Shown here piece by piece: positions 63,930-64,000 of a stretch of 64,000 nt of DNA. The notes beneath the pieces are model-generated. The model made no database searches. It saw only the letters and a program-made list of their open reading frames with translations, and was not told where the DNA came from. The first letter of the stretch is position 1. Every line of letters starts with the position of its first letter. Both the position numbers and the translations under genes were made by a program. Source of the DNA: Octopus vulgaris (taxonomy: Eukaryota); the NCBI GenBank assembly GCA_951406725.2, contig OX597839.1, forward strand, positions 23,932,001 through 23,996,000, in the 5' to 3' direction.

Positions 63930-64000
63930 CACAGCTTCGAGTGACCGTGTATGACGGAACTTGAGGCAGTTTTCGTAGTTGGTTTTCCACTTGTCACAAT
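63930..64000 (-). CDS. C22orf39: C22orf39 homologue, penultimate exon (cut by the window edge)
   Basis: CDKWKTNYENCLKFRHTRSLEAV|GTACGT matches the C..W......C..W pattern (human CEQWQRDLASCRDW); phase 0 joins the terminal exon. Confidence 0.85.

Overview
Eukaryotic, AT-rich, repeat-dense genomic DNA. The gene content is metazoan and the SINE/microsatellite landscape is most consistent with an octopus (coleoid cephalopod) genome, which is an inference. Four spliced genes can be rebuilt by hand: ZMYND12 (minus, 5' exons, runs off the left edge), NIF3L1 (minus, complete, 5 coding exons), MAD2L2/REV7 (plus, complete, 7 coding exons, head-to-head with NIF3L1) and a C22orf39/UPF0545 homologue (minus, last 2 exons, ends in CaaX). 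The rest is tRNA-derived SINEs, RTE, CR1 and L1/Tx1-like LINE remnants (including a near-full-length RTE inside MAD2L2), MITEs, Helitron fragments and long microsatellites. Most ORFs in the supplied track are repeat artefacts. The most notable hidden signal is a set of minimal type-I hammerhead-ribozyme motifs in several unrelated short repeat families. They show compensatory helices, often sit in (TA)n tracts and carry fold-back ends, and one family has a tRNA-like head. This suggests an unannotated set of Penelope-dependent, ribozyme-bearing non-autonomous retroelements. Repeat boundaries are read by eye and are approximate; comparisons with human proteins and exon sizes are from recall, not from a search.
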